Positions 50,581 to 59,926 of a DNA stretch of 64,000 bases are shown here, in pieces. The translations under genes and the position numbers were made by a program. The stretch comes from Pirellulales bacterium (GTDB lineage: Bacteria > Planctomycetota > Planctomycetia > Pirellulales > JAICIG01), in NCBI GenBank assembly GCA_040901675.1, contig JBBDYJ010000039.1, positions 17,829 through 81,828 on the forward strand, given 5' to 3'. Position 1 is the first letter of the stretch. Every line of letters starts with the position of its first letter. Below the pieces are notes generated by a model. That model had not been told where the DNA came from and made no database searches. It saw only the letters and a program-made list of their open reading frames with translations.

Positions 50581-50846
50581 GGCTTTTCTAAAAACCTTTC
50601 CAGATTGCGGTGTACCGCCGAGGTGAGTTCCGGTGGATTGCCTGCGTCCATCTGCAACCCCCTTCTGTCATGGTAGATGCGACGACGGCGAGCGTCAACT
50701 TTTTTATTCGCGGCCGCTTTGCGCGGGCCCCCATGGCCCTGGCAGCGCGGCTGGCTTTCCCGGCCGAAGCGGCCGGGTATCGTCGAAGAACTTTCGGTTT
50801 TGGCCGCCGAAGCTTGCAACCGCGGTGCCGATTCCGCAGAATAAAC

Positions 50847-52838
50847 ATGCGGGACTCTACGAAGCAGGCACCAGGAGTTGGACCGGTGAAGGCGATCGAC
50901 GCGCTGCGCCGCTGGTGGCAGGGGTGGGCCGGCGAAGACGAAACTCCCCTGGATGGCGATACGCCGGCCTGGCTCCTGAGCCTGGCATTTCACCTGGTGC
51001 TGCTGGTGGCCTTGGCGTTTGCCTGGCACCAGCGGACCGAGGCCGAAGTCGACCTCACCATCACGACGCTCAACACCCAAGAGCCCGAGGCGACGCCCGA
51101 GGAGTTCGAGTACTCCAACGATCCTCAAGTCGAGATCGGATCGAACAGCCTGGCCGGCAGCCGGGCGGCCCTGGCCATGGCGCCGACCTTGAACGAGGTG
51201 TCGCAGCTCCGGCGGGAAAACGAGCCCACCGAGCTGGCCAGCGTCGTTGAGCCGCTCTTGCTCGATCTATCGACGGCCCCGACGATCAACGAACGAATGC
51301 TGGTCAAGGGGGCGGCCGGCATCGGGGCCACGGGCGCCATGGGGGCCGTGGACCGGATCACCCAGGAAATCGCCACGTCGCTGGAGCAGCGGCGGACGCT
51401 GGTGGTGTGGATTCTCGATCAATCGCTGAGCATGGAGCCGCAGCGCAAGGCGATCGCCGCGCGGCTGGACCGGATTTACCAGGAACTGGGAGTGGTCGGC
51501 GCCACGGCGGCAGCCGACGGCGAGGCTCCGCTGTTGAGCGCCGTGGTGGCTTTCGGCGAGCAGGTGACCTTCCGCACTCCCAAGCCGACTGCCGACATGG
51601 CCGAAGTCACCAAGGCGGTCGAGCGAATCGAGAACGACCCGAGCGGCACGGAGATGGTCTTCAGCGCGGTTGCCATGGCGGCCAAGAAATACCAGAGTTA
51701 CGCCGCCCAGAGTCCCCGCCGCAACGTGATGATCGTGGTTTTCAGCGACGAGGTGGGTGACGACGAGCAGCAGTTGGACGTCGCCCTGGCCGTGTGCCGC
51801 CGGCACGCCATGCCGGTGTACTGCGTGGGAATTCCGGCGCCGTTTGGCCGCCGTGAAGTGGAAGTGCGGTACGTCGACCCCGACCCCAACTACGATCAAT
51901 CGCCCCAATGGCTGCCGGTCCGCCAGGGGCCCGAGTCGCTCCTGCCCGAGGGGGTGCAGTTGGGCTTTGCCGGCGCGCGGAACCAGGACCTCGACCGGAT
52001 TGCCTCCGGCTTCGGGCCCTTTGCGCTGACCCGGCTCTGTTATGAGACGGGGGGCATCTATTTCATGGTGCGCCCCAATCGCGACGGCGGCGAAACGCCG
52101 GTCATGATCCCGCGCTACGACCATTTCTTCGATCCTTCGATCATGCGCCGCTACCAGCCGGAGTATTTTTCGGTCGAGGAATACAAGAAGCGGCTCCAGC
52201 GCAACCGGGCTCGGGCCGCGCTGGTCGAGGCCGCCACGATGTCGCTGGTCAACCCGATGGAAAACCCGCGGCTCGATTTTCCCAGGACCGATGAGGCGGC
52301 GTTGAAACGCAGCCTCGACGACGCGCAGCGCCTGGCGGCCAAGATCGGTCCCAAGCTCGACGCCTTGTACCTGGTGCTCAAGCAGGGGGAGGCGGACCGA
52401 TCGAAACTGGCCGAGCCGCGGTGGCGGGCCGGCTACGACCTGGCCATGGGGCGGGTGCTGGCCGTCAAGGCCCGCACCGAGAGCTACAACGCCATGCTGG
52501 CCAAGGCCAAGAACGGGTTGAAGTTCGAGAAGCCCGGCAGCGATACCCACGTGCTCGTGCCGGCCGACGAGATCAGCGTCGGCAGCGCCCTGGAAAAACT
52601 GGCCAAGCAGGGGCGCGAATATCTCGAGCGCGTCCGGGTGGAGCACGCCGGCACGCCCTGGGCCCTGCTGGCCGACCGCGAGCTCAAGGAGCCCATCGGC
52701 TGGAAATGGTCGGAACGGGTTTCCAACCCTCCACGGCAGCGGATGGCGGCCAGCGGCAATGGCAACCCCGCGCCACCGGCCGATCAACTCCGACGGCTGG
52801 AAAAGCCCAAGCCGCGCCGGCCCAACGTGCGGCTGTAG
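50847..52838 (+). CDS. Membrane-anchored vWA domain protein
   Basis: TM 'AWLLSLAFHLVLLVAL'; MIDAS 'WILDQSLSM', 'VVFSDEVGDD'. Confidence 0.8.
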   Translation: MRDSTKQAPGVGPVKAIDALRRWWQGWAGEDETPLDGDTPAWLLSLAFHLVLLVALAFAWHQRTEAEVDLTITTLNTQEPEATPEEFEYSNDPQVEIGSNSLAGSRAALAMAPTLNEVSQLRRENEPTELASVVEPLLLDLSTAPTINERMLVKGAAGIGATGAMGAVDRITQEIATSLEQRRTLVVWILDQSLSMEPQRKAIAARLDRIYQELGVVGATAAADGEAPLLSAVVAFGEQVTFRTPKPTADMAEVTKAVERIENDPSGTEMVFSAVAMAAKKYQSYAAQSPRRNVMIVVFSDEVGDDEQQLDVALAVCRRHAMPVYCVGIPAPFGRREVEVRYVDPDPNYDQSPQWLPVRQGPESLLPEGVQLGFAGARNQDLDRIASGFGPFALTRLCYETGGIYFMVRPNRDGGETPVMIPRYDHFFDPSIMRRYQPEYFSVEEYKKRLQRNRARAALVEAATMSLVNPMENPRLDFPRTDEAALKRSLDDAQRLAAKIGPKLDALYLVLKQGEADRSKLAEPRWRAGYDLAMGRVLAVKARTESYNAMLAKAKNGLKFEKPGSDTHVLVPADEISVGSALEKLAKQGREYLERVRVEHAGTPWALLADRELKEPIGWKWSERVSNPPRQRMAASGNGNPAPPADQLRRLEKPKPRRPNVRL

Positions 52839-53030
52839 AATGCTTCTAATCTCCCCGTCGCCACGCCGCTTGGCGCGCGCCGGCCGGCCTGCTGTCTGAC
52901 GCCGCGGCGACCAGTCCAGCAGCTCGTGACGCGCCAAGCCCCTTTCTTAACGGCGACGCGATCTCACCGTAATCCGCCGCCGCACACGGCTTAAGAACGC
53001 CGTTTGCCACTCGTCGGAATGGGAACGTCG

Positions 53031-53047
53031 CCGGCACGTCGTTTGCG
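53031..53047 (+). promoter_or_regulatory. Candidate sigma54 (-24/-12) promoter
   Basis: CCGGCACGTCGTTTGCG, GG-N10-GC, ~60 bp upstream of the next start codon. Confidence 0.5.
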
Positions 53048-53104
53048 TTCCTTGAAACGAGCGGAAACTTAATGCAGATCAACATCTCGAATGGGAGATT
53101 GACC

Positions 53105-53632
53105 ATGGCTCACAGGAAAGAAAATATGTCTTCGCAGCCCGAACGCGAGCGCGAGGCTGAGCGGAATCCCGATCCGATCACGGGCGCGCCGGGCTCGCAT
53201 CCCGTCGGAGTTGGAATCGGGGCGACGGGTGGGGGCGTGACGGGCGCCGCCATCGGCGCGGCCGGCGGACCCGTGGGAGTGGCCGTCGGAGCGGCGGTGG
53301 GCGCGATTGCCGGCGGCCTGGCCGGCAAGGCCGTGGCCGAATCAATCGATCCCACGGCGGAAGAGGCCTACTGGCGCGAGAACTACCGCAACCGTCCCTA
53401 CGTCGAGAAGGATGTCGAGTACGAAGTCTACGGACCGGCATATCGCTATGGTTGGGAGTCGCGGGCCCGCTACGCCGACCGGCAGTTTGGCGAGGTGGAG
53501 CCCGAGCTGGAGCGGGGCTGGAAAACAGCGAGCAGTGATACGCCCCTGACGTGGGACAAGGCCAAACATGCCTCCCGCGACGCCTGGGAGCGACTCGACC
53601 GGCCCAAGCCCGCCGGCAAAGAGAGGCGGTAG
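53105..53632 (+). CDS. Glycine-zipper-containing general-stress-type hypothetical protein
   Basis: 'NPDPITGAPGSHPVGVG...GGLAGKAVAESIDPTAEEAYWRENY...PAYRYGWE...WDKAKHASRDAW'. Confidence 0.75.
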   Translation: MAHRKENMSSQPEREREAERNPDPITGAPGSHPVGVGIGATGGGVTGAAIGAAGGPVGVAVGAAVGAIAGGLAGKAVAESIDPTAEEAYWRENYRNRPYVEKDVEYEVYGPAYRYGWESRARYADRQFGEVEPELERGWKTASSDTPLTWDKAKHASRDAWERLDRPKPAGKERR

Positions 53633-53832
53633 GCAGCGGGCACGCCGTTTCAGCAAGGGCACTTCGAGGCCCCCGGCCCCGCAAGGCCGGCGGGCCTCGC
53701 TTGTTGCACCCGCAGCGCGTACAGTACGGATTGACTGATTGCGCCGCAGCGAGCAGTGCGCCCTCATCGCTGGCTGTTCGGCGGTCGTGCTGGCTCTGGT
53801 GGTGGCCTGCGCGTTCCGATGACGCGGGGCTG

Positions 53833-53922
53833 GAAAAAAGGGGATAAGTCCAATTACGTGTACCGTTAATTGGACTTATCCCCTTTTTGTTTGCAGTTTA
53901 ATTGGACTTATCCCCTTTTTTT
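53833..53922. repeat. Second copy of the GGGGATAAGTCCAATTA inverted-repeat element (one left arm, two right arms)
   Basis: Arms identical to 32892-32958. Confidence 0.85.
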
Positions 53923-54061
53923 ACGCCAAATCAAGCAAGACCAACAGGATCCTCCAAAACCAAAACTCCAAACGCATCTAGCTTTGCGAATGCTTGGCGG
54001 CGCGGTAGGATAAGGCCGCTAGCTTGACGGGGCCGTCCCTGAGACGCGAAGGGTTACCGCC

Positions 54062-55438
54062 ATGCTCCACCGGCGCGATGCGATGCTGCGGCTGGGACAG
54101 TTGGGCGCCGGCGCGCTCACGCTGCCGGGACTCTTGGCGCGGCAGGGCCGGGCCGATGCGGGCCAAGGTGCGGCCAAGGCCCGCTCGTGCATCCTCTTGT
54201 ACTTGTGGGGCGGGCCGCCACAGCAGGATATGTGGGACCTCAAGCCCGAGGCGCCCGACGGCATCCGCAGCGAATTCCAGCCAATCGACACCGCCGTGCC
54301 GGGCATCCAGATCTGCGATCAGATGCCGCAGATCGCCCGGCACACCGACAAGATGGCCATCGTCCGCTCGCTGACCCATCCCAGCAATATCCACGAAGTC
54401 TCGGTCTATCACACGCTGACCGGCAAGGTGAACCCGACGCTGGCCGTTCCGCGCAATCAGCGGACTCGCCAGGACTTCCCGAACCCCGCCGCCGTGCTCT
54501 CGCAACTGAGCCCCGTGGGCGGGCTGCCGGCCAGCGTCACGATCCCGCGGCCTATCGGGCACGACGGCGTGACCTACGCGGGCACCTACGCCGGCTTTCT
54601 CGGCTCGCGGCACGACCCGATGGAGCTGAGGGCGGCGGCCGAAGTGAACCTGCCGGCCACGCACAGCCTCGACCTGCCCGAAGGCCTCGACACGACCCGG
54701 CTGATCTCGCGGCTGGGCCTGTTGCGATTGATCGAGTCGCAGCAGCGCATCCTGGAAGGCGAAGGAGCCAGCCACGGTCCCGCCGTTTTCCGCGAACAGG
54801 CCTTCCGCATGCTCAGCTCGCCCGAGGCTAAGGGCGCCTTCGACCTGGATCGCGAGCCTGACAGGCTCCGCGACCGGTATGGCCGCAACGAGTACGGCGA
54901 GAGCTTTTTGCTGGCCCGCCGGCTGGTGGAAGCGGGCGTGCGGCTGGTGACCGTGATCTGGCTGCACATCGCCCCCGACGGCAACGTGCTCAACGTGTGG
55001 GACAACCACGGCGGCACGCCCTCGCTCGGCTCGATCACCGGCTACCAGATGCTCAAGGAAAAATACTGCCTGCCGCCGCTCGACCAGGCCTACTCGGCGT
55101 TGCTGGAAGACCTGTCGCTGCGCGGTTTGCTCGACGAGACGCTGGTGATGATGCTGGGCGAGTTCGGCCGCACGCCCAAGATCAACGCCACGGCCGGGCG
55201 CGACCATTGGGGACCGTGCCAGTCGATCGTGCTGGCCGGCGGAGGCGTGCGCGGCGGGCAGGTGTACGGAGCCAGCGACAAGCAGGCGGCCTACCCCGCT
55301 GGGCATCCCGTCTCGCCCGAGGACGTGATCGCCACCATGTACCACGCCCTGGGCGTCTCGCCGGCGACGACGATTCTCGACCGCGAGAACCGCCCGCACC
55401 GCATCTGCGAGGGGCGGCCCATTACCGCCATCTTCTAA
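54062..55438 (+). CDS. DUF1501 domain protein
   Basis: RR leader, 'LWGGPPQQDMWDLKP', 'GEFGRTPKIN...GRDHW', 'GGGVRGGQVYGASD'. Confidence 0.9.
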   Translation: MLHRRDAMLRLGQLGAGALTLPGLLARQGRADAGQGAAKARSCILLYLWGGPPQQDMWDLKPEAPDGIRSEFQPIDTAVPGIQICDQMPQIARHTDKMAIVRSLTHPSNIHEVSVYHTLTGKVNPTLAVPRNQRTRQDFPNPAAVLSQLSPVGGLPASVTIPRPIGHDGVTYAGTYAGFLGSRHDPMELRAAAEVNLPATHSLDLPEGLDTTRLISRLGLLRLIESQQRILEGEGASHGPAVFREQAFRMLSSPEAKGAFDLDREPDRLRDRYGRNEYGESFLLARRLVEAGVRLVTVIWLHIAPDGNVLNVWDNHGGTPSLGSITGYQMLKEKYCLPPLDQAYSALLEDLSLRGLLDETLVMMLGEFGRTPKINATAGRDHWGPCQSIVLAGGGVRGGQVYGASDKQAAYPAGHPVSPEDVIATMYHALGVSPATTILDRENRPHRICEGRPITAIF

Positions 55439-55457
55439 CTTTGCGGGGAGACGCGCC

Positions 55458-56942
55458 ATGTGGGTGCGGCAGTGCAAGCTGGACGCCGGGGCCGTGACGC
55501 CGCCGATTCCCGCGCGGATCGCGTCGAACGAGGAATTTATTCCTCCGCCCCAGTCGCGCCAGCAGCGCGAGTACGAGGCGCGGCTGGCGCACATCGCCGA
55601 GCGGGCCGCGCGGCGCCAGGGATTGAGCCGCCGGCAATTTCTCGAGAGCGGCAGCGGCATGGCGGCGGCCCTGCTGGCTTTGAACCAGGTCTTCGGCAAC
55701 TGTTACGCGGTCGATGCCGACGAAGTCGACGACCAGCAGGCCTTCGAGGAAAAGTGGCCCAAGGACCAGTTCATCTTCGACGTTCAGACGCACCACGTCG
55801 ACGTCGACCGGCAATGGTACGAGGACACGCCGCAAGGCAAGGCCGCCACTTCGTTCTTCGCCCGCTTGCGGCCCGCCGGCACGCTGCGCGAAAGCCTGGA
55901 GCAGCTCAACCGGGCCCATTACGTCAAGGAGGTGTTTGGCGACAGCGACACGCTGATGGCCGTGATCAGCGGCGTGCCCAGCCGCGAGTGGGACAAGAAC
56001 CCGCTGCCGCCCGACCAGATGGTGGCCACGCGCCAGTTCGTCAACGACCTGGCCGGCAGCCAGCGGGTGCTGTCGCACGGCCTGTTGCGTCCCAACCTCG
56101 GCGCGAAGGAGCTCGACGAGATGGAGCGGCAGGTCAAGGACCTGAAGATCGACGCCTGGAAGATGTACACCGGCGCCGAGCTGGGCGAGCAGGCCTGGCG
56201 GATGGACGACGAGAAGGTGGCCTATCCGTTTTGGGAAAAGACGAGCCGGCTGGGCGTGAAGAACCTGTGCGTCCACAAGGGGCTGCCGCTGGGTGCCTTC
56301 AACGAGCAGGCCTGTACGCCGGGCGACCTGGAGCGGGCCGCCAAGGACTGGCCGGAGCTGAACTTTATCGTGTATCACTCGGCGTTTCGCGGCTTCGGCT
56401 GGCTGGCGCGCGGCAGCGGGCCGCGCGTGGCGGACCGGCCCGATGCCGGCGCGCAGGAAATCGCCTGGACCAGCGACGTATTCAGGATCCTCCAGCGCAA
56501 TCCCGGCATTAAGAACATCTATTTCGAGCTGGGCGCCACCTTCAACATGACCTCGATGTACGCGCCCGAGGTTTGCATGCACATGCTGGGCCAGATGCTG
56601 CAGACGGCCGGGCCGGAGCGGATCCTGTGGGGCACCGACTCGATCTGGAACGGCAGCCCGCAGAGCCAGATCGAGCGGCTGCGGCGGCTCGCGATCAAGG
56701 ACGAGCTGGTCGAGCGGTACGGTTACCCGCAGTTGACGGCCGAGGTGAAGGACAAGATCTTGGGGTTGAACGCCGCGAAGCTGTTCGGCCTCGACCCCGC
56801 CGAGCGGCGGCAAGCGATCCGGGCCGACAAGCTCAGCCAGTTGCGCGAACAATACCGCCGCCAGCCCGCGCCGTCCAACACGCAGTATGGCTGGGTGTGG
56901 GTCGAGGACGGCAGGGATCCGACGACGCCGGTGGGTGGCTGA
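55458..56942 (+). CDS. Amidohydrolase family (Amidohydro_2-like) protein
   Basis: 'FDVQTHH', 'CVHKG', 'VYHS', 'ILWGTDSIW', 'ILGLNAAKLF'. Confidence 0.85.
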   Translation: MWVRQCKLDAGAVTPPIPARIASNEEFIPPPQSRQQREYEARLAHIAERAARRQGLSRRQFLESGSGMAAALLALNQVFGNCYAVDADEVDDQQAFEEKWPKDQFIFDVQTHHVDVDRQWYEDTPQGKAATSFFARLRPAGTLRESLEQLNRAHYVKEVFGDSDTLMAVISGVPSREWDKNPLPPDQMVATRQFVNDLAGSQRVLSHGLLRPNLGAKELDEMERQVKDLKIDAWKMYTGAELGEQAWRMDDEKVAYPFWEKTSRLGVKNLCVHKGLPLGAFNEQACTPGDLERAAKDWPELNFIVYHSAFRGFGWLARGSGPRVADRPDAGAQEIAWTSDVFRILQRNPGIKNIYFELGATFNMTSMYAPEVCMHMLGQMLQTAGPERILWGTDSIWNGSPQSQIERLRRLAIKDELVERYGYPQLTAEVKDKILGLNAAKLFGLDPAERRQAIRADKLSQLREQYRRQPAPSNTQYGWVWVEDGRDPTTPVGG

Positions 56943-56948
56943 ACGGGC

Positions 56949-57626
56949 ATGGCCGACCTGGTTGTCACCGACGTGGGCAAGGAGTTCCCGACTCGCGGCG
57001 AGCCGCTGGTGGTGTTGCGCGGCTGCTCGCTCGAGCTGTCCAAGGGGCAGAACCTGGCCGTTCTGGGTCCCAGCGGCTCGGGCAAGAGCACGCTGTTGCA
57101 CATCATCGGCACGCTCGACCGCCCGACGTCGGGGACTGTGACGTTGGGCGGCCAGGATCCATTTGCACTGGACGAGCCGCGGCTGGCGGCGTTCCGCAAC
57201 GAGCAAATCGGCTTTGTGTTCCAGGACCATCACTTGCTGCCGCAATGTTCGGTGCTGGAAAACGTGTTGATTCCGACGATCGCCACGGGCGGCGCCAGCG
57301 GCGAGGCGATCCAGCGTGGACGGCAACTGGTCGACCGCGTGGGACTGAGCGGCCGCCTCGACCATCGTCCCGCCGAGCTATCCGGCGGCGAGCGCCAGCG
57401 GGTGGCCTTGGCCCGCGCGCTGGTGCGGCGCCCCGCGCTGGTTCTGGCCGACGAGCCGACGGGCAATCTCGACCGCACCACGGCGGCCGCCATCGGCCGC
57501 ATGCTGCTGGATCTGCAGCGCCTGGAGGGGACGATGCTCATCGTCGTCACGCACAGTCTCGATCTCGCCGGGCATTTCGACCGCCGCGTCGAGCTCGACG
57601 AAGGCAGGCTGAAGGGTACGGAGTGA
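56949..57626 (+). CDS. ABC transporter ATP-binding protein (LolD/MacB-like)
   Basis: 'GPSGSGKST', 'LSGGERQR', 'LADEPTGNLD'. Confidence 0.9.
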   Translation: MADLVVTDVGKEFPTRGEPLVVLRGCSLELSKGQNLAVLGPSGSGKSTLLHIIGTLDRPTSGTVTLGGQDPFALDEPRLAAFRNEQIGFVFQDHHLLPQCSVLENVLIPTIATGGASGEAIQRGRQLVDRVGLSGRLDHRPAELSGGERQRVALARALVRRPALVLADEPTGNLDRTTAAAIGRMLLDLQRLEGTMLIVVTHSLDLAGHFDRRVELDEGRLKGTE

Positions 57627-57649
57627 CCCGTCTGGGTGATCCCGGATTC

Positions 57650-58756
57650 CTATTCCTCTTCTTTGCTCGCTTCTCGTTGGGTTTCCGCCGTCTCCCTCTC
57701 CCCTGGCAAATGGCCGGGGGCCGCGGGCTTGGGGGCGAAGACCAGCACGGTGACGGCGCCGGCCACCACGGTGATCAGGCCGGCATAAAACATGGGGCTG
57801 ACCCGCTCCAATTCGCCAGCCGTCAGGATCGTCACCAACGTGTTGACGACCGGCGCGCCGCCGAAGACCAAGGGCATGACGTACACCGGCTTGCCGCCGA
57901 AGTTGAAGGCCATGATGATGCCCAACGCGCCCAGCGCTCCGGCCGCCCCACCCGCCAGGCTCCACAAAGTGCCGCCGATGCTAAAGCCCCCATGCTCCCC
58001 CGCCGTGGCCAGGATCAGGATGGGCACTACCACCGCGATCACGAAATACGAAATACCCACGCAGATGAAGGGCCGCAGACGGCTGCCCGCCATCGCCATC
58101 TGACCCTTGTGCAGCACCGGTCCGTAAATGCCCCACGACAAGGCGGTCAGTGCCACGAACAGCGTGATCATGGTCATATCGGCCAGCGAGAGCCGCGCCG
58201 AGGCGGACCGAAGCTCATCGGCTTCATTTCCTGGCGTCTCGGTTGCCTCCTCTTCGACTGTCCGGCTCGCCTCGGCCACGGCCGCCGGCCTGGCTGTCGC
58301 CGGCTTAAACACCAGCACCGCCACGGCCCCCGCGATCACCAGGATCAAGCCCGCGAAGAACACGGGCCCAGCCCGCTGATACGTTTTGGACATATACATC
58401 GTCAGGAACGTGTTGACCACCGGCGCGGCCCCGAACACGAGCGGCATCACGTACAGCGGGCTGCCGTGGTGGGTAAAAGCAAGGATGATGCCCAGGGCGC
58501 CGATCGCCCCGGCGGCTCCAGCGGCCAGGCTCCAGATCGTTCCCTCGGCGGTCCAACGTCCCCGCTCGCCCTTCAATGTCAAGAGGATGCCGGGCACCAG
58601 GATGGCGATCAGAAAGTAAGCGATCCCCACGCAAACGAAGGGCCGCAGGTGACTGCCGCCCATATCGGCCTGCCCTGCGCGCAGCACCGGGCCGTAGACG
58701 CCCCAGCTCACGGCCGCCAGTGCGATGAATGCCAAGACCGAGAGGAAGCTTTTCAT
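57650..58756 (-). CDS. Internally duplicated multi-TM (DMT/EamA-like) membrane protein
   Basis: Two near-identical halves 'SWGxYGPVL...LRPFxCVG...YVMPLVFGxAPVVNT'. Confidence 0.8.
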   Translation of the reverse strand: MKSFLSVLAFIALAAVSWGVYGPVLRAGQADMGGSHLRPFVCVGIAYFLIAILVPGILLTLKGERGRWTAEGTIWSLAAGAAGAIGALGIILAFTHHGSPLYVMPLVFGAAPVVNTFLTMYMSKTYQRAGPVFFAGLILVIAGAVAVLVFKPATARPAAVAEASRTVEEEATETPGNEADELRSASARLSLADMTMITLFVALTALSWGIYGPVLHKGQMAMAGSRLRPFICVGISYFVIAVVVPILILATAGEHGGFSIGGTLWSLAGGAAGALGALGIIMAFNFGGKPVYVMPLVFGGAPVVNTLVTILTAGELERVSPMFYAGLITVVAGAVTVLVFAPKPAAPGHLPGERETAETQREASKEEE

Positions 58757-58840
58757 GCCGGTGGGGAGGAACAGGAGGGGGAAGCGGTGTCGAGAGTGGA
58801 TAGAATACCGGATCGCCTCGGCGAATTCCAGCCGCGGGCG

Positions 58841-58936
58841 GCCTACAAGGACATCCATGGGGTGATGCGCGCGCAGCGCGAACTCACGCGGATCGTGAGG
58901 ACATTGCGCCCCTTGCTCAGCTACAAGGGCGCTTGA
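58841..58936 (+). pseudogene. rtcB: 3'-terminal relic of an RtcB RNA ligase gene
   Basis: Translates 'AYKDIHGVMRAQRELTRIVRTLRPLLSYKGA*', the RtcB C-terminal pattern AYKDIxxVMxxQxxL...LRPxxxxKG; no upstream RtcB coding sequence. Confidence 0.6.
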
Positions 58937-59105
58937 GCTGTTGATCCAGGCCGACTAAACGAACCAGTCGTGATAGACCTGCACGTAGTCCGCGTAGTGC
59001 AGGACGGCTTCAAGCAGGCCGCCCGCGGTCAAGGAGGCTGCCAGCAACAACAGGTGCTTCGTGCTCATCCGATCTTTCGGCGATTCGATTCTGCGGCCGG
59101 CTTCG

Positions 59106-59546
59106 CTACGATGAGGTGGGTCCTTGGTGCAGGGCCGCCGTGGCCTCGATGCCCCGCACGTCGGCGTCGTTGTGCAGGCAATGCTCGACGATCAGGATCA
59201 GGGCCCGGGTGCTGAAGGGCTTGGAGACCAGGGCCCGCACGCCCAACTCCTCGCGCAGCCACTGCAGCTCGTGCCCCAGGTGCTTGGCCGTCACCATCAC
59301 AATCGGCATCCTGGCCAGCAAAGGCTGCTGCCTGAGACGCTGGCAGACTTCCGAGCCGGACATGCCGGGCATCCATTCGTCGGTCACAAACACGTCGAAC
59401 CGCTCGGTCTGCAGCATCCTCCAGGCCTCGATCCCATTACACGCGGTGCGGACCTCAAAGCCGGCCGATTCGAGGCCGAACTGGATCGTCGTCGCCGTGA
59501 TGAAATCGTCTTCGGCCACCAGGATCCGTTTCACGGGACCGGTCAT
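59106..59546 (-). CDS. Single-domain response regulator (CheY-like receiver)
   Basis: 'ILVAEDD', 'VTDEWMPGMSG', 'MVTAK', 'SKPF'. Confidence 0.85.
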   Translation of the reverse strand: MTGPVKRILVAEDDFITATTIQFGLESAGFEVRTACNGIEAWRMLQTERFDVFVTDEWMPGMSGSEVCQRLRQQPLLARMPIVMVTAKHLGHELQWLREELGVRALVSKPFSTRALILIVEHCLHNDADVRGIEATAALHQGPTSS

Positions 59547-59926
59547 GACGGGAAACCTTGGATGGATCATTCGGGCACCAACACCGCGGCGGCCTCGATC
59601 GAAGTGCAGGTAGGGCGGGCGGGTAGCGGGTCCAGCGGTCTGCCCCTGCGCCGGGATTCAAGGTGGCCAGAGTTTCTATACCTCGCAAAAAGCAGTTCGG
59701 CAAACCGGTTCTCCGGAATAGATCGACAGGCGTTGATCCTTTGCCCTCGATCAGGTCTAATACGACCAACGACTTGGATCGTCGCGTGGGGTTCAGCGGC
59801 CAACAGGCGAGGACCACTTCGGCCGGCCGTTGCGGCTGAATTCCGGCGAAGTCATGGATTGCCTGTACACGGGGGCCGAAGCCTGACTTTGGCCTTTAGG
59901 AGCCGGCCCGGTACGATTGCTGATAG

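Noticed and set aside
56573..58936. 787-aa plus-strand ORF
   Set aside because: Off-frame or antisense to three real genes; only its last 31 codons (RtcB relic) look meaningful.
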